Assembly (NCBI GenBank): GCA_030265395.1
Contig: JARFYF010000012.1
Coordinates: 29,752,394-29,816,393 of the forward strand
DNA: 64,000 nucleotides
Source of the DNA: Rhina ancylostomus
Taxonomy: Eukaryota
Direction: 5' to 3'
The notes under the pieces are model-generated. The model was not told the origin of the DNA. It searched no databases and worked only from the letters and a program-made list of their open reading frames with translations. Position 1 is the first letter of the stretch, and each line of letters begins with the position of its first letter. Of this stretch, positions 39,511 through 52,900 are shown piece after piece. The position numbers were made by a program, and so were the translations under genes.

Positions 39511-40212
39511 CTTTTAAAAAAAAAAATCAGGATTTTGCTAAATAAACTTTGGAAGTGATGCAAAGACTGTTTAAACTACAGGAATTTCAAAACTCTCAAA
39601 TGACTATGATGTCTGGTATAGCGTATCCCATTTTTACATTATTTTGCTGCATACACAATGAAGTCAGTCAACAGAAATCAACATCTGCCTAGGCCTTCAA
39701 AATAACAGTCATAATACAACAAAAAAATGTATACTTTCATTACACAATTTTAAATTGCTAGATTCACTTTTCTACAAAGCTGAGAGATTCCAAACTGTTA
39801 GAAAATTGCTGGGGTAGTGACTAACTAACAGAGTTCATTGTGCACTTCCTTTCATTTTGTAAAAAGCCAGAGATTAGGATACAATTAGACAACAACAAAA
39901 AAAATGCTGATACTATGATCACCTACAGGGAACAAATGCTAGGCAGCTTTTTGTATGCTTATTGTTCTGGAAGCTTCAAACAAAGGCTTAATTATACGGC
40001 TCAACATTTATTAATAAATTCCTAAGACCTAATCTTCAAATTTTACTGAATATAAAGTCCCCCATCAGTAAATGGATAATCAAAATAATATAGTGCGAAT
40101 TTTCATTCATCAGGGACGAGCAGCAGACAGCCGAATAATTCCCAGGTTAAGTGGCTCATCAAATGACAAAGAGAACAGATGGTGAGCAGAACTAAGCTGG
40201 AGATCCATTTAC

Positions 40213-40331
40213 CGGTTTGTCCTTGATAGTGGGGCTTGAAACACACAGGTATAACTTTCCATCTTCCTCGATACACGCATCTATCAGAGCTTGCACAGAG
40301 CTTTCCTCTTGAAACAGCAGGAAGGCATAAC
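40213..40331 (-). CDS. CPEB3: CPEB3 coding exon (RRM1, RNP1 motif)
   Basis: ttccctaag|GT TAT...CCG|gtaaat, 119 nt. Encodes (G)YAFLLFQEESSVQALIDACIEEDGKLYLCVSSPTIKDKP. Confidence 0.97.
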
Positions 40332-41099
40332 CTTAGGGAATTAAAAAAAATTACAAGTAAAGCATAAGGCTATTGTAGAAGTCAGAAAATTGCAGCAACT
40401 TTCACTTACAATGTCCTCAACATAAAACCAGCCCCAAGGGCTTTAACTGGGAGAGATGGTGAGAGGTGACAAATTTAAATGTGTGGCACAGTTCAACGCA
40501 TTGGGTTTGATATGACATGAGATAGAGAGACAGAGAGATTTAAGGTAGTATTATTGACATCAAAACTGCAGATGCTGGAAATATGTAATAAAAACTGAAA
40601 GTGCTAGAAACACTCAGCAGATCAGACAGTATTAGTGGGAAGTGAAACAGAATTAACATTTCATCTTGAAGACCTGATGGGTATTTCCAGCATTTTATTT
40701 TTGCATTTTTCAGGGGATATGCAGTGTAGGTCCAAAGCAGCAAAAGCTCTTCCATTATGACTAAAACCAGGAAGGAAAGATTCACAAGAGCCTAGTCAAC
40801 AAAGATTGTGGAACAAGGGGTGTGATGCAGATTTGGAGAAAATGGCAGAGGTCAGATGAGGCAAGGACACTAACAGATTCATAGGATGACAAGGATTTGC
40901 TTTGGGAGGAGTGGAGGTTAGCAAGGACAATGGCTGAATGAGGCAAGTGTGGATCAGGAGTTTGTTCTGTTCTCACTGAGGACAACATCAAGACATCTAA
41001 ATCATTCCAATAACCAATCAAGTGGCTAATATCTAGAATGTTCATAACTGTTAAAAAGACCCAAAACTGATGTACAGAATTTGACCAAATTAAGAAATA

Positions 41100-41462
41100 A
41101 TAGATTTGGATTTAAAAAGCACCTCTCACAATCTCAGACCCTCCCAGTGTGCTCTACAGCTAAGGAATTACTTTTGAAGTGTGCACTCTTGGAAAAACAT
41201 CAGTGCAATGGATGACAAGTACCCTTGTTGGATAGATTGATAAGTACTGGGCAGAAGACCACAGATAACTCTTCAAGACAATTCTTCAGGATCTTTTAGG
41301 TAAACCCAAGAAGAGGACTGGGCTTCTCAAACAAATATCAGCACCTCCAGTGCTGCAATACTCTCTCTTGCTGCAAAGGAGCAGCAGACTCCGAAGCTAT
41401 GGAGTGGAACTTAGGGATGGGGGTGGGGTGAGTGCGCCACCAACTGAGCCACGGTTGACACA
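41100..41462 (-). mobile_element. Deu-domain SINE-like element (SacSINE1/AmnSINE1-like), degenerate
   Basis: ggatctttta...gcacctcc...tgctgcaatactctctc...ggagtggaactt...caccaactgagccacggttgaca resembles the reverse complement of a DeuSINE head and core. Recognition only. Confidence 0.55.
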
Positions 41463-42719
41463 ATGATGAAGTGTTCTCCAAATTTTAATGCACACTTGCA
41501 ACTGCTTAATAACAGCTCGACAAATAGCAAATCACTTCATTAAAAGCGACTTTTCAAATTACACAAGCAGAGATGAAGCAGGCCATCTGGCTGTTCGCTC
41601 CATAAATAGGAGTACCAGTGTTCTTAATAAATATTTGAAATGCCTTAAATTAATTTTCAGTCACCACAGGAAGAGATGACTTTGCAAAATTTTCTTCTCA
41701 TTCTACAGCAAACATCAATAGTTAAAGTTAAGGCACTGAAACTCCTGAGAGAGGCAAGTAGCTGGGAAGGAGAAGGACATGGATCCAGTGGTGGGGTCAT
41801 CATGGCAAAGTATTACTTTACCTACTTGAGCCTCAGGGGCTCATCCAACCTTTCTGCAAACAAGCTCTTTGCTTATTCCACACCTATTTCGACTTATCCC
41901 TCCACCGCACACTTTGTCTGACATACAATAAGGCTCTCACCTCACATCTTCACCCACCGGATCATCTGAGTTTCAGAGAGGCTGAGGAACACCCTGGGCA
42001 AAATAGAAAATAAAGGGACCTGGGAGAGGGAGGGAGAGGGGTTGAGTCCGTTCAGGAATCCTATAATAAAAGTGTGAATGTTTCTTGAGTATCTGCAATA
42101 ACTGGCTATCACCCTCAATTTCCAATCCACCCATAGCGTTTTTCCTCAACTTCAGACTGTCACTGATTAAAAATGCATCAAGTCATCAAGAATCTTTAAC
42201 AAAAAAAGGCAGCATACTTCAGGGACCTGGAAGAACTATTGAAATAAAATGCTGGTGCTTTAAAACAAAAATGTCTTCAGGGGTGGGGAACTGGACAGGT
42301 AAAAGCTCTGGAACGGGGACACAAAACATATTGGCCACTGGCAGTCAATTTGAGTGGGTACACAAGAGACAAAATGAATGGACAATGACTACTTTAAAAA
42401 AATGCAGGTGCCAAACATTATATACAGCTCCAGGTTTGAGAGAATTAGTTACCATAAGATACAATCATTACACACAGAAGTTAAGACCATGAACCTACAA
42501 TTTCCTAGTACCTTGGGTTCATGATCTGCTAAATGTTCAACACTTTTAATGCCACATAATAATTTGTACATCTTGAGATCACTTTTGCCTATTTCTCATT
42601 AGTCTGCAGAGTATGACCTTTACACATTTTTACAACTCATTCCCTTGCAATTATAATTAATATTTTATTGCTCATTGAGAAATACTACCAAGAACAGTTT
42701 TTTTTATTTAATTACTTTT

Positions 42720-43275
42720 CAGGATTTGTGTGTTGCTGACAAAGCCAGCATATGACAAAGCCATCCCTCACTGCTTGCAAGAAGGTGGTGAGCCACCTTC
42801 TTGAACCACTGTACTCCTTCTGGTAAAGGTAGCAAGCTTCAGGCTTAAGACCCTGCAACGACGAAGAACCCCCTGCAATAAATTCCCAAATTGGCACAGT
42901 GTGCAACTTGGAGAGGAGCCTGCAGGTGGTGGCATTCCCATATAACTGGTGCCCTTGCTCTCGATGGTAGAGGCTGTGGGGCTGGGGAGCTGGTATCAGA
43001 GTAGTCCGGACAAGCAACTATGGTACATTTTGTAGATGATGCACGCTGTAGCGTGCGTGCACTGGTGGTGGAGAGAATGAGTGCTTAGGGTGGTGCTAGT
43101 CGTGCGGCAGCATCCACTGATCTACCAATGTTGTTGGAGCTGCATCCACCCAGACAAGTGGGTGGTATTCCACCCAAGCTCCTGACTTGTGTCTCGCGAA
43201 TGGTGGAAAGGCTTTGTTGCGTTTTCCTCTTGATATTCATCGGCTTCAGTCTCACCAGGGCTCCTTGATGCCACA
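42720..43275 (-). mobile_element. LINE 3' fragment, family uncertain
   Basis: GC-richer block gaaggtggtgagccaccttcttgaacc...tgttgttggagctgca related to 8090-8300. Confidence 0.55.
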
Positions 43276-43279
43276 ATCT

Positions 43280-43414
43280 TGTGCCCCAGAGGGCGCAATC
43301 TTAGAATTAGAGGGAACAGGTTTAGAACAGAGATGAAGAGAAATTTTTTCAGCCAGAGGGTAGTAAGTTTATGGAATTCCTTGCCACGTACAGCAGTGGA
43401 GGCCAGATCATTGG
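43280..43414 (+). mobile_element. CR1-type LINE 3' fragment running into a gap
   Basis: Encodes RGRNLRIRGNRFRTEMKRNFFSQRVVSLWNSLP, the CR1 ORF2 C-terminal FF..RV...WN.LP motif. Confidence 0.85.
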
Positions 43415-43514
43415 NNNNNNNNNNNNNNNNNNNNNNNNNNNNNNNNNNNNNNNNNNNNNNNNNNNNNNNNNNNNNNNNNNNNNNNNNNNNNNNNNNNNNN
43501 NNNNNNNNNNNNNN

Positions 43515-43781
43515 TTAGCGTAATGCTTTACAGTGCCAGCGACCCAGGTTCAATTCCTGCCGCTGTCTGTAAGGAATTTGTACATTCTCCCTGTGTCGGT
43601 GTGGGTTTCCTCCCACATTCCAAAGACGTACAGGTTAGGAGCAGTGGGCATGCTTACACTGGCGCCGGAAGAGCGGTGACACTTGTGGGCTGCCCCCAGC
43701 ACATCCTCAGTAACTCAAAAAGACGCATTTCACTGTGCGTTTAGATGTATGTGTGACTAATGAATAAACATCTTATCTTAA
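43515..43781 (+). mobile_element. V-SINE-like tRNA-derived SINE
   Basis: B box GGTTCAATTCC at 43547-43557, V-domain-like tgtaaggaatttgtacattctccc...tttcctcccacattccaaagacgtacaggttagg, tail aataaacatcttatctt. Confidence 0.8.
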
Positions 43782-45819
43782 ATACCCCTTGACAGCACTG
43801 TCGAAGCACACAACATTTTGATGAGTTTTGATCAATGCATTATAAAACTTGCATTGACTTGTACTTATTGCTTTGAACAAAACTATCTACTGGGGACTTA
43901 AAGAATCTTCTGACATGATGCAAATATAACTACTGGGATTTATTGCATTTGTCTGTGCAAGTCCCTCTTTCTGGGCTGCTCTGGGAAGCCTGCCTGCTGA
44001 GCCAGCACCCTGTTAAACCAGGTGCAAGAGCTGCAGTCCTGTTCACATGAATGGAAGAAATGGAAAAACAGCTGGAAAAACTGAGCAAGTGTGTAATGAA
44101 CAACATCAGCAAGAGAGGTAGGGATGAGGCAATTAGTACTGACTGCAAAGTTAAAGGCAATAGCCTGGAGACAGGTGGATACTTCGGACTCTCCAACTTT
44201 GGTCCAGGAAGGATTGAGACCTTTAATTAATAGAGCAAGCCTCACCCTTTTCATTTATGAACTGCTTCAGTGGTCTTCCAGCCATAGTATAATTTAGCAC
44301 AAAAGGCGTCAAGTGAATGTTGTACATGACTCAATCTGCCTGTGCACCAGGATGTCATGCAAATAGCAGTCTTGAATAACCTCAGACTTTAGTCTCTTGT
44401 TTCAATCTAATAAGGACCCTCTAAGCCCAAAGGTTTGAGGATTTCTGGTTTAAACATTTAATGTGGTATCTACTATTATTTTAGTATCCCTTCCAGGTCT
44501 CCCCTAAATAATGCTACAACTATTATTAATATTTCTCAATGTTAAGTACCATTTTCTACACATTTACTGGACTGATCTAAATTCTTCTATAAATAGAACT
44601 CTATGAATTTGTATTACATGGTATTTGATTGACTGTGTCTGCTTGAACTGCCCTACATACTCCCCATAAACTTTATTTTTGTTCCACTGATTCAACGTCT
44701 TGCCTAAGTATTTTAATGGCCTCTGCCTCAGCTATTCTCTATAGCAAATCATTGAACATTGTAACAAATCCCATCGTAAAGATATTTCCTCCAAGCTCCA
44801 TCAATAAATGACAAATTAATAACCACTCATCCCCCATTCCTCTGAGTAAATGTTATTTCTTATTTACGTTATAAATTTATAAAACTAATTTTTGGTCTCA
44901 TTTTACTCTTTTCTTCTGCGGAAGTAGATCCCACAGTAAAAAATCTCTGTACCCTCCACATTCTTCTTTCCTAGTCTTTTCTATAATAGTGAGCAAAACT
45001 GAACTTTGGTTTGTCCTAACATAACTGAACTTTGATTTGCTTTGTGCAGATGCAAAACTGGCTTACGGCATTTGTACTTTATAATCATAGGTAGGAAAAG
45101 GGAGGGGTTCCTGCTGAAAGACTCCAAGAAGTTAGGCTGAAGAGACTGCAGATGCTGGGATCTGGAGCAACAAACCATCTGCTGGAGGAACTCCTTATTC
45201 AAGAGTAGAACCAAACATAATAATCTCTAGATATTGACAAATCAGGATAATAAATGCATGGCTAAAGGGCCANNNNNNNNNNNNNNNNNNNNNNNNNNNN
45301 NNNNNNNNNNNNNNNNNNNNNNNNNNNNNNNNNNNNNNNNNNNNNNNNNNNNNNNNNNNNNNNNNNNNNNNNATAATAAATGCATGGCTAAAGGGCCAGT
45401 CTAGGAAAGGGACTCCTTTTCAGAGAATGTGGCACCAGTTCTGGGAGAGGGAAGAGCTACATCAATGGGATAACCTTCACCTGAAATGGGAGGCAACACA
45501 TGTTCAGCAGAAAGACTAAATGGGGAGGCAACAAAGACTTTAAACTAATATTTAGCTGGGAGTAAGAATAGGGTAGACATGAAATTGGATGAAGAGAAGA
45601 AGAATAATGAGGTAAATGCATTTCAACTGGAAAGGGGAGATAACATTAATCAAACTCGAGGATAATAGAGCCACACATTTCAGAAAAATCAAGTGAATAG
45701 ACAGCAGAGGTATGACTGTACATAGGTAATTGTTCATTAGCAAGAGATGCAATGCAAGAGAACCAGTGGATAGCTCTGCAGCCAGCTTTGTCAAGGGAGG
45801 GATTAGACAGATGCATTAA

Positions 45820-46945
45820 AAACTCCTCGAAGGTTTTTGGTAAGAGAATGCAGGAAACAAGAAACAAGAAACAGAATGGTTTAACAGCTGCCTTCAGGAC
45901 TGAAAGAGGGTCGGGTGGAGGCAGGTGGGCAGTAATGTTCCACAAGGATTAGTGCAGGGACCACTGCTGTTCACAATTCACATTAATGGTTTACATATGA
46001 TACCAAATAGGGAAAGCTCTCAATATGAATGTGAACAAATTGCAGAAATGACATCAGCAATCTTGCAGAACAGGCAAATGAAGTTCATTACGAGGTAGTG
46101 CATTTTGACAGAAAGAACAAGGAAGCCATTTATTACTAGAAGGTACCATTTTAGGTGGGACAGGGGAACAAAGGGAACACCTAACACAATCATTAGAAGT
46201 TGTATCACTCTCTAGCAAGGCAATTAAAAAGGCAAATATCAAGGTTTATTTCTGAAGTGACTGAATTGGAAAGTAGGGTAATTATGCTAAAATTGTAATG
46301 AACCTTGGGAAGATCAGATGTACAGTACTGTACACAGTTCTAGCTGCTACGTTATGAAAAGGATACAGAGGAGAGGGTGCAAAGAAGACTTACATTGATG
46401 ATGTCAGCAACACAAGAGTACATATCTCAGGAAAGAACAGTGAGGTTGGATCTCTTTTCACTTGAGGAGGTGGATGAGGGTTGACCTAATAGAAGTCTCT
46501 AAAGTTATTAAAAATTTCAAAGAGTAGATACATAACATTTCCATTTGTGATTAAGAGGCAGTACAGTGGCGCAGCCAGTAAAGTTGCTACCTCATTGCAC
46601 TAGCGTCCTGGGTTTGATCCTGACCGCTGATGCTGCATGTTGTAGAGTTTGTATGTTCTCCCTGTGACCACATGGGTTTCCCCTGGGTCTTTTTTTTTAT
46701 TTTCTCCCAGATCCACTGACTACTGTAAATTGTCCCTGGTGCATGGAGAGTGTAGAGTCTGGGATCACAGTTTAAAAATAAAAGGGGTCACCCATTTATG
46801 ATCGGCAAGGCAATTTTTTTTCAGAGCATCATGAGATTTTGGAATTCCCTTCCTCAAAGGGTAGTGAAATCATTGCCTTTGTACATTTTTAAAGCAGAAT
46901 TACACAGATTCTTGTCAAGCAAGAGGGTGAAAGATTACAGGGCGC
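45820..46945 (+). mobile_element. Decayed CR1-type LINE interrupted by a SINE
   Basis: gtaatgttccacaaggattagtgcagggaccactgctgttc (VPQG.V.GPLLF-like) and FFQSIMRFWNSLP (ORF 46798). Confidence 0.75.
46553..46762 (+). mobile_element. HE1/V-SINE-like SINE nested in the CR1 copy
   Basis: A-box-like cagtggcgcagccagta, B-box-like ggtttgatcc, V-domain-like gagtttgtatgttctccctgtgaccacatgggtttcc. Confidence 0.75.
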
Positions 46946-49900
46946 CATCCACAGACCTCCCTGATGGTCTTCTGATATCTGCTGTCATGCTCACGCTTTC
47001 AGAAGCCTTTCCACCATTTCCAAATGACTTTGATGATCAGAAGCATTTACAACAGTTAAAAAAATATAAATAATTAAAATAGAAGTTTTGAAAACTAATA
47101 AACTGCAAATGTAATTTAAAAACCATACATACTGCAATAAAAATCTTTAAAACAATACTTAACAAAACTTTTTCATTCATAGATGCAAGAGTTTCATCTG
47201 AGAGAAGACAGAGGGCTCAGGTAAGTATAACCAGCTCTGCAGCTCAGCAGCTCAGCAACTCGCAGAATGCTCCTGGATTCAGTGTTGAGCCCAGGACAAA
47301 GCAAGTACAGGTCCTCCCTAGCTTAGAAACACCNNNNNNNNNNNNNNNNNNNNNNNNNNNNNNNNNNNNNNNNNNNNNNNNNNNNNNNNNNNNTTGCTGA
47401 TAGCTGCAGGCATCTTCTGCCATGTGGAAACTTGGTTCGTGGCCACATGTCCAACCTGTGAACTGTTTGGGTTATGACTGGAATTGCTGTAGAAGTCTGC
47501 CTACCGCCACCACCACCTGACGGGCAGTAAAGGGATGACTTTGTGAGCAACACCCAGGTCTCAAAAGTAATTATTTTGCAACGTCTAACTAGTTATTAGG
47601 ATTTACTTTCACCTGGATATACTGCCTTGCCTTCACATCATATGACCAACTGAAACAGAATGTATTTTTTTTAAGGAAATTGGAAAGGTGCACTGTGTCC
47701 TTTCACTATCTGGTTCAACAATGAATCCTGATTTGGAATTGCTTTGTTCTAAATTTAAAAAAAGCTCTAAATAAATCTAACCCCACAAGTATCTTTGCTT
47801 TCCTCTTCCCTGAAACATCTGATACACAGGAAATATGCAGACTTCTAATACTTACTCAGAATTGAATATGTTCACTGCCTTAATGAAAAGTAATTTAACA
47901 AAGTATGTGATGAACAATGAGCAAGACCAATAGAAGAGGCATTAGCAAATAACCTCTTATCAAAGACTTTGCAGACAAAAAAAGATAATTTTCTTGGGAA
48001 TTTATCACAAACATGAGGTGAATAATACAAAGGAACTAAAATGAGACTTTTTTCCTGGTCTTGTTCATAAGTTGGCTGAAAGGGTGCTTCTAAACCAATG
48101 CACATGAAAGACAAAAGTTCATCAACACATCCCAAGGCAAGTGTATGGTCAACTTGGCAATCAGACCAAGGGCCTGGGAAATACTTTGGTTGATACAAAA
48201 TCTTAATTGGTCAACTGATGACCAAGCAGCCTAGAAAATACTCAGAGGACGTCAATAAAAGACTTTTCTAGGTTAACAAAAGAAACACATTTTTAGTGAA
48301 TCATATTCAATGTGGGTATAGCTACAGCTTTTAAGTCATCACTAATGCTAACAGCATCCATTTTCAAAAAGTGAATTAACTAAACAGAATTTCACAGTGA
48401 GAAACAGATGAATTTCACCAGTTTCCAAAAAGCTGAAGGTCAATTCAGTCATCCTCAATAACAGCACTTCTGCACAGCTTTCCATCATTGTAAGGGTTAT
48501 GAAATGCAGCACCTACTCTCTCTCCATTCGTGAATAGGAGGACAATGCTGCATCAATGTTGAAAGGAAACAAACAATCTGACATCATCCAGCCAAGCTCA
48601 CATTTCAATGGAAATTTGGTAACCTGTTATATATCAGACAGCAAGAGTAAGGCAACTTCCTCTGGAGATGACACACTCACTGCCAATCACAAAAAAAACC
48701 CTTCCTTCCACAATCAGCAAGCCTATTGAGGATGCACAGGTATATGAAAAATAAAATAAGCATTTGTTTCTGCCCCTCACCTTACCATTTCCCATATCTG
48801 TTCCTCCATGTTATACAATTAATAACTAATTTTTTTTAGGATATGCAAAGTCTAAAGCCCTTTGGGCGGCTGGCTACATTGATCTACTGGGCGATTGAAG
48901 CACAAAGCAGGAAGATCAAAGGAGAAGAAAAAAGCTACAGATGCCGAGCTTCAAAAAACACACTCAAAGTGCTGGAGATACAGAAAGGGTCAAGTAGCAT
49001 TATAAAGAAAAACACATTAACATTTCAGAAATGGGCTCTTCCAACAAATTTCCATCAGCTTTTTTGATTCCATTTACAGATGCTGCTTGGCCTAATGAGG
49101 GTTATCGGTTTCATTTTCAATTGAGGATGATAGAGCTAGGACCCCGAATTTGCGCTCAGGTTGCCACACTCAGCCTTTATGGTAGCAGGGCTGTAACAGT
49201 GTATTTCACCATCATAATGTTTATGAGGGGAAATGAAAACAATTAATTGCAACTCTTCATGCAAAAGGAGGTATTAATACAAACTGGAATTAGAGTACTG
49301 CAGCCAAATTGCCTCATGGCTACCACTGTTGAGGTTCATCCACAAGATGCAGCAACTTAGAATATGTTACGGTCAGAAAATCATGCAAACATAGAGTAAA
49401 GGGAAGAAAGTTACATTAATGCAAGACTCAACTCCGGCCTCACTGAGCTTGCTTTAAGTAACACAGAACAGTGAAAGTAAGGGAATTCATGCCATCTCCA
49501 AAGTTGATGTGAGAAAGGAATAGAAATTCAAATTAGACTATTCTTGTGCACTGCACAGCAGGTGGTTCCAATTGGTAAAACCCTAGAAACATGCCAACTT
49601 TAAACACTTTTCCCTTCTTGCCCCATCCACAGTGAACACAAGAACCCAAAAATGGATGTGGGAATTTCTTATGGCAGAGTTTCCATTTAGTAATATAATT
49701 TACTACAAATCCTTGAAAATATTTTGCAACAATCTTTTGCTTTAAATGCACTTTGTAATTCAGCTATGTATAATAGAAATCACTCAGCACGAGCATCTCT
49801 TTCAAATTCATCCCAATTCTTCATAAAATTCATGCTACCTGCTTAAAACTAAAATTGTGGCCTTTCAAGCAGTACAAATACTCCATCTTTGGCACCAAAC

Positions 49901-52900
49901 TGACAGAATGCAATAAAAGTCATCCGTAAAGGCTGAAGTAAATATTTTACTAGAAATGATCAACTTTCATGACGGATCTGCTTTACCTGCTTGATTAGAG
50001 GATTTGATTTAAAATATCTGCCAATGGATCTTTGCATCAATGTGCAGAAAATGAGGCAGTGGCCCTTACTGAATTTTAAAATGTGTCAAGAAATCACATG
50101 ATGCAGTTGTGTTTGTCAGGAATGGAGATTAGCCCAGCAGGACCCCAGAAAGCAGCCATATCTGCATTTTAATGTTGGTTATCCCGTGTATTTGGCTCAA
50201 GTTGCTGATCCATCACATAGAAATTAAATCCAGAACCTTGACTGAGATTTAAACTGATGTCACAACTTGCATTTTAAACTAAATTTTCTTTCATTTACAT
50301 GGTCATTTGAGGGAAAAAAAATTTAACTGTGACTGGGTTTCCACTGTGATGGTCATGAATGAGCATCAAACATTGAAGTCAAAGTTTGGGTTGTCCAATT
50401 CCATCTCTTTGTATTCCACAACCAACATTGATCTGTGAATTCTTCATTTTTGAAGTGCAACAATGAGAGACAAAATCTTACCAACAATTTACACAAATCA
50501 GCACGACTCCAACAAGCTGACAACTCAGGAACAAAGGAACGTAAAGAACTAGAAAGTTCACAGTGGTCTTTGTCTGTCCAGCCTCTTGAGGATATGGTGC
50601 CCCATAGATTTTTTTCTTCCCCTGGCCCCATTCCATCACTTTTTCTTGTTGAGCTTTTTCAAATTTACTGTTGTGCTTTTTCAAATCAGTTTCTGTTGCC
50701 CCCTTTGGTAAGTTAACATAAATGGACATCATTGTCACATTAAGCAGATAAATCTGAACCATCATTTCACCTTCCTGCATCTAACATTCTGATCGTAAAG
50801 TCTTTGACTAAGTTAAACATATCTACTTAGAAAGCACATCAGTGAGTACCATTAAATGATCTACAAACAAGAGACAGTAGATTGTATTCTGCCTCAAGAA
50901 ATGTAATTTCCTTTTTTAAATTGAATTTCATTTTGAAGGCCGCACTACGATATAGAAGTTTAGTGCTACCAACCAGGGATGAAACCAAGGAAAATAATTT
51001 TATAAGTTCATCACTGAGCTTTCTTTTCCTATTGTAAAATTTCCACTGCACTGTGGTGTTCGGCCTCTCCTCACAACTTTGACCACTTTGCACTACAATG
51101 GATTTTGGGTTTTTTTTGTTCAAATTGTGTTCTCTCATTTAATTTTGTATAATTTATTTGTTAATTTATGTTTTTCTAGTGAATGTTGTACATCTGATGC
51201 TATGTGCTTGTGATGCTGCTGCAAGTAAGCATTTCATTGTACCTGTACACACGTGTATAATGATGATAAACTCAACTTTGACTTTGCTACTTAACAAAAT
51301 TATCAATATCCGAAATGGGGCATTTGTAACAAAGTTACAGCTTCACCCTATTCAACCATATTAGCGAACAAAAGCACATCATAACCTGAGGGGAAATCCA
51401 GATGTTATATGCACAGCATTGGTGGTACAATTCTGGGGGTTCAAGGTGAATTACAGGTTTTTGTTTAAAAATTAAACATCAAATTTCACTTTATAAATTA
51501 ATTCCATGTTTAATATGTTACATTGAAACACTGGTTAAATTTTAAACATCATCATTGGTTTATTTTTATTCATTTATGGTGAAGGATAAAAATAAATTGA
51601 CCCTGGGATTTTCAACAATTTCACAAAAAAATGCCTTAAATCATTCCACTTTATGCAGTTCAGAAGCCACCTAATCTCTCCAACACTGGTCTCCAAAGAC
51701 ATTGAAACCTATCCACACTGTTTCACCCCCTCCCCCCCCAATGCAACACTTTTCCTTCAAGTTCTCAGTTTATTCTAGCAATCTACTCCCTTAGTTTAAC
51801 CAGAGACTTCTCTCTCTCTCTCCTGACTGCCCCTCTATCAATATTGGAATGTTCCTTTTTTCTCCCACCCAAAAGAACTGTTTCCAGTTCTGTCCATTTT
51901 CTTCCACTGTTGTTCCTATGCACCTCCACCTTCCCTCAAGTGGGCCAGATCATCTGGGAGGTGGAACCTATTAGCCGTCATTCAACAAATGGCCACTCCA
52001 CCACGATTCTATGGTGCAAGTGGACAGCTGAATGGGACAAACCTTCCAGCTGAGCAAGACCCCAGGATTTCTAGGTTCATGCTGGACATCCAGGGTTATG
52101 GATGAGGGTAGCAAATTTGACCGACGTCGTCCATGTAAGTTGTCTGGTTTGAAATACCAGCCAACAAGACAGATATTTTGGTCAACAATTAAATGAATAC
52201 AGGAACTGATCCTAAATGTTCTTTTGTTTAAATTTTTCAATTTCTTAGCTTCACCCAGATGATCTGGGAAAACAGTTGGTTGATAACAAGCCCAGCAAAT
52301 AAGACCTTTTCCTGACTGTGCCCAAACAAGGCTTAATAAAACCAGGCTTTTGTACTCCTCAACATTAAATAAATATTCCAATAATGGTTCCTATCAAACA
52401 CATTCTTTACAGATTTCATCATCTTGGAACAAATGGTGCTTTCCTGTTTCTAGCCAGCAGACCATTTAAACTGCTAGGTGCATGCTCCATAAACTAATTG
52501 TTAAATAAGTACATTTGTTATTGATGAAATCAGAGTTAAAACATTAGGTGTATTTTCTCTAGCCTGCACCTAATCAAAACCTCCAACTTGCAAACTTCCT
52601 CAAGCAGTGGGAATACTCTAGGTTGGTAAATCCAAATTAATAGTCTTTAAATTTTACAATTCTAATTTTGAAAATAGCTTTATACTTAGCAATGAAACCC
52701 AGCAAATAAGCATCTCCTCTGCTCAGGATCCTGTTTTTAGACTCTACCCCATTAACCTCCAGATCTCTTAGGATCCCAACCAGTTGGTCTATTGGCTGAC
52801 CCAATACTATTCGGTCAAATTCCTTCCAAATTCCAGCATGGAACTGGAAAGCTGCTGTTAGTACTTCAAGTCAGCAAATTTTACAATACTTAGTAATACG

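Noticed and set aside
40090-40115. CTGATGAATGAAAAATTC on the minus strand as a hammerhead core
   Set aside because: No stem II between the core and GAAA. Kept only as a weak C/D-like candidate.
43930-44254. Overlapping short ORFs in a GC-richer intronic block
   Set aside because: No recognisable domain or convincing splice sites. Probably an unclassified repeat remnant.
45247-45398. Direct repeat ataataaatgcatggctaaagggcca flanking a 100-N gap, resembling a target-site duplication
   Set aside because: Same gap-overlap pattern, so likely an assembly artefact.
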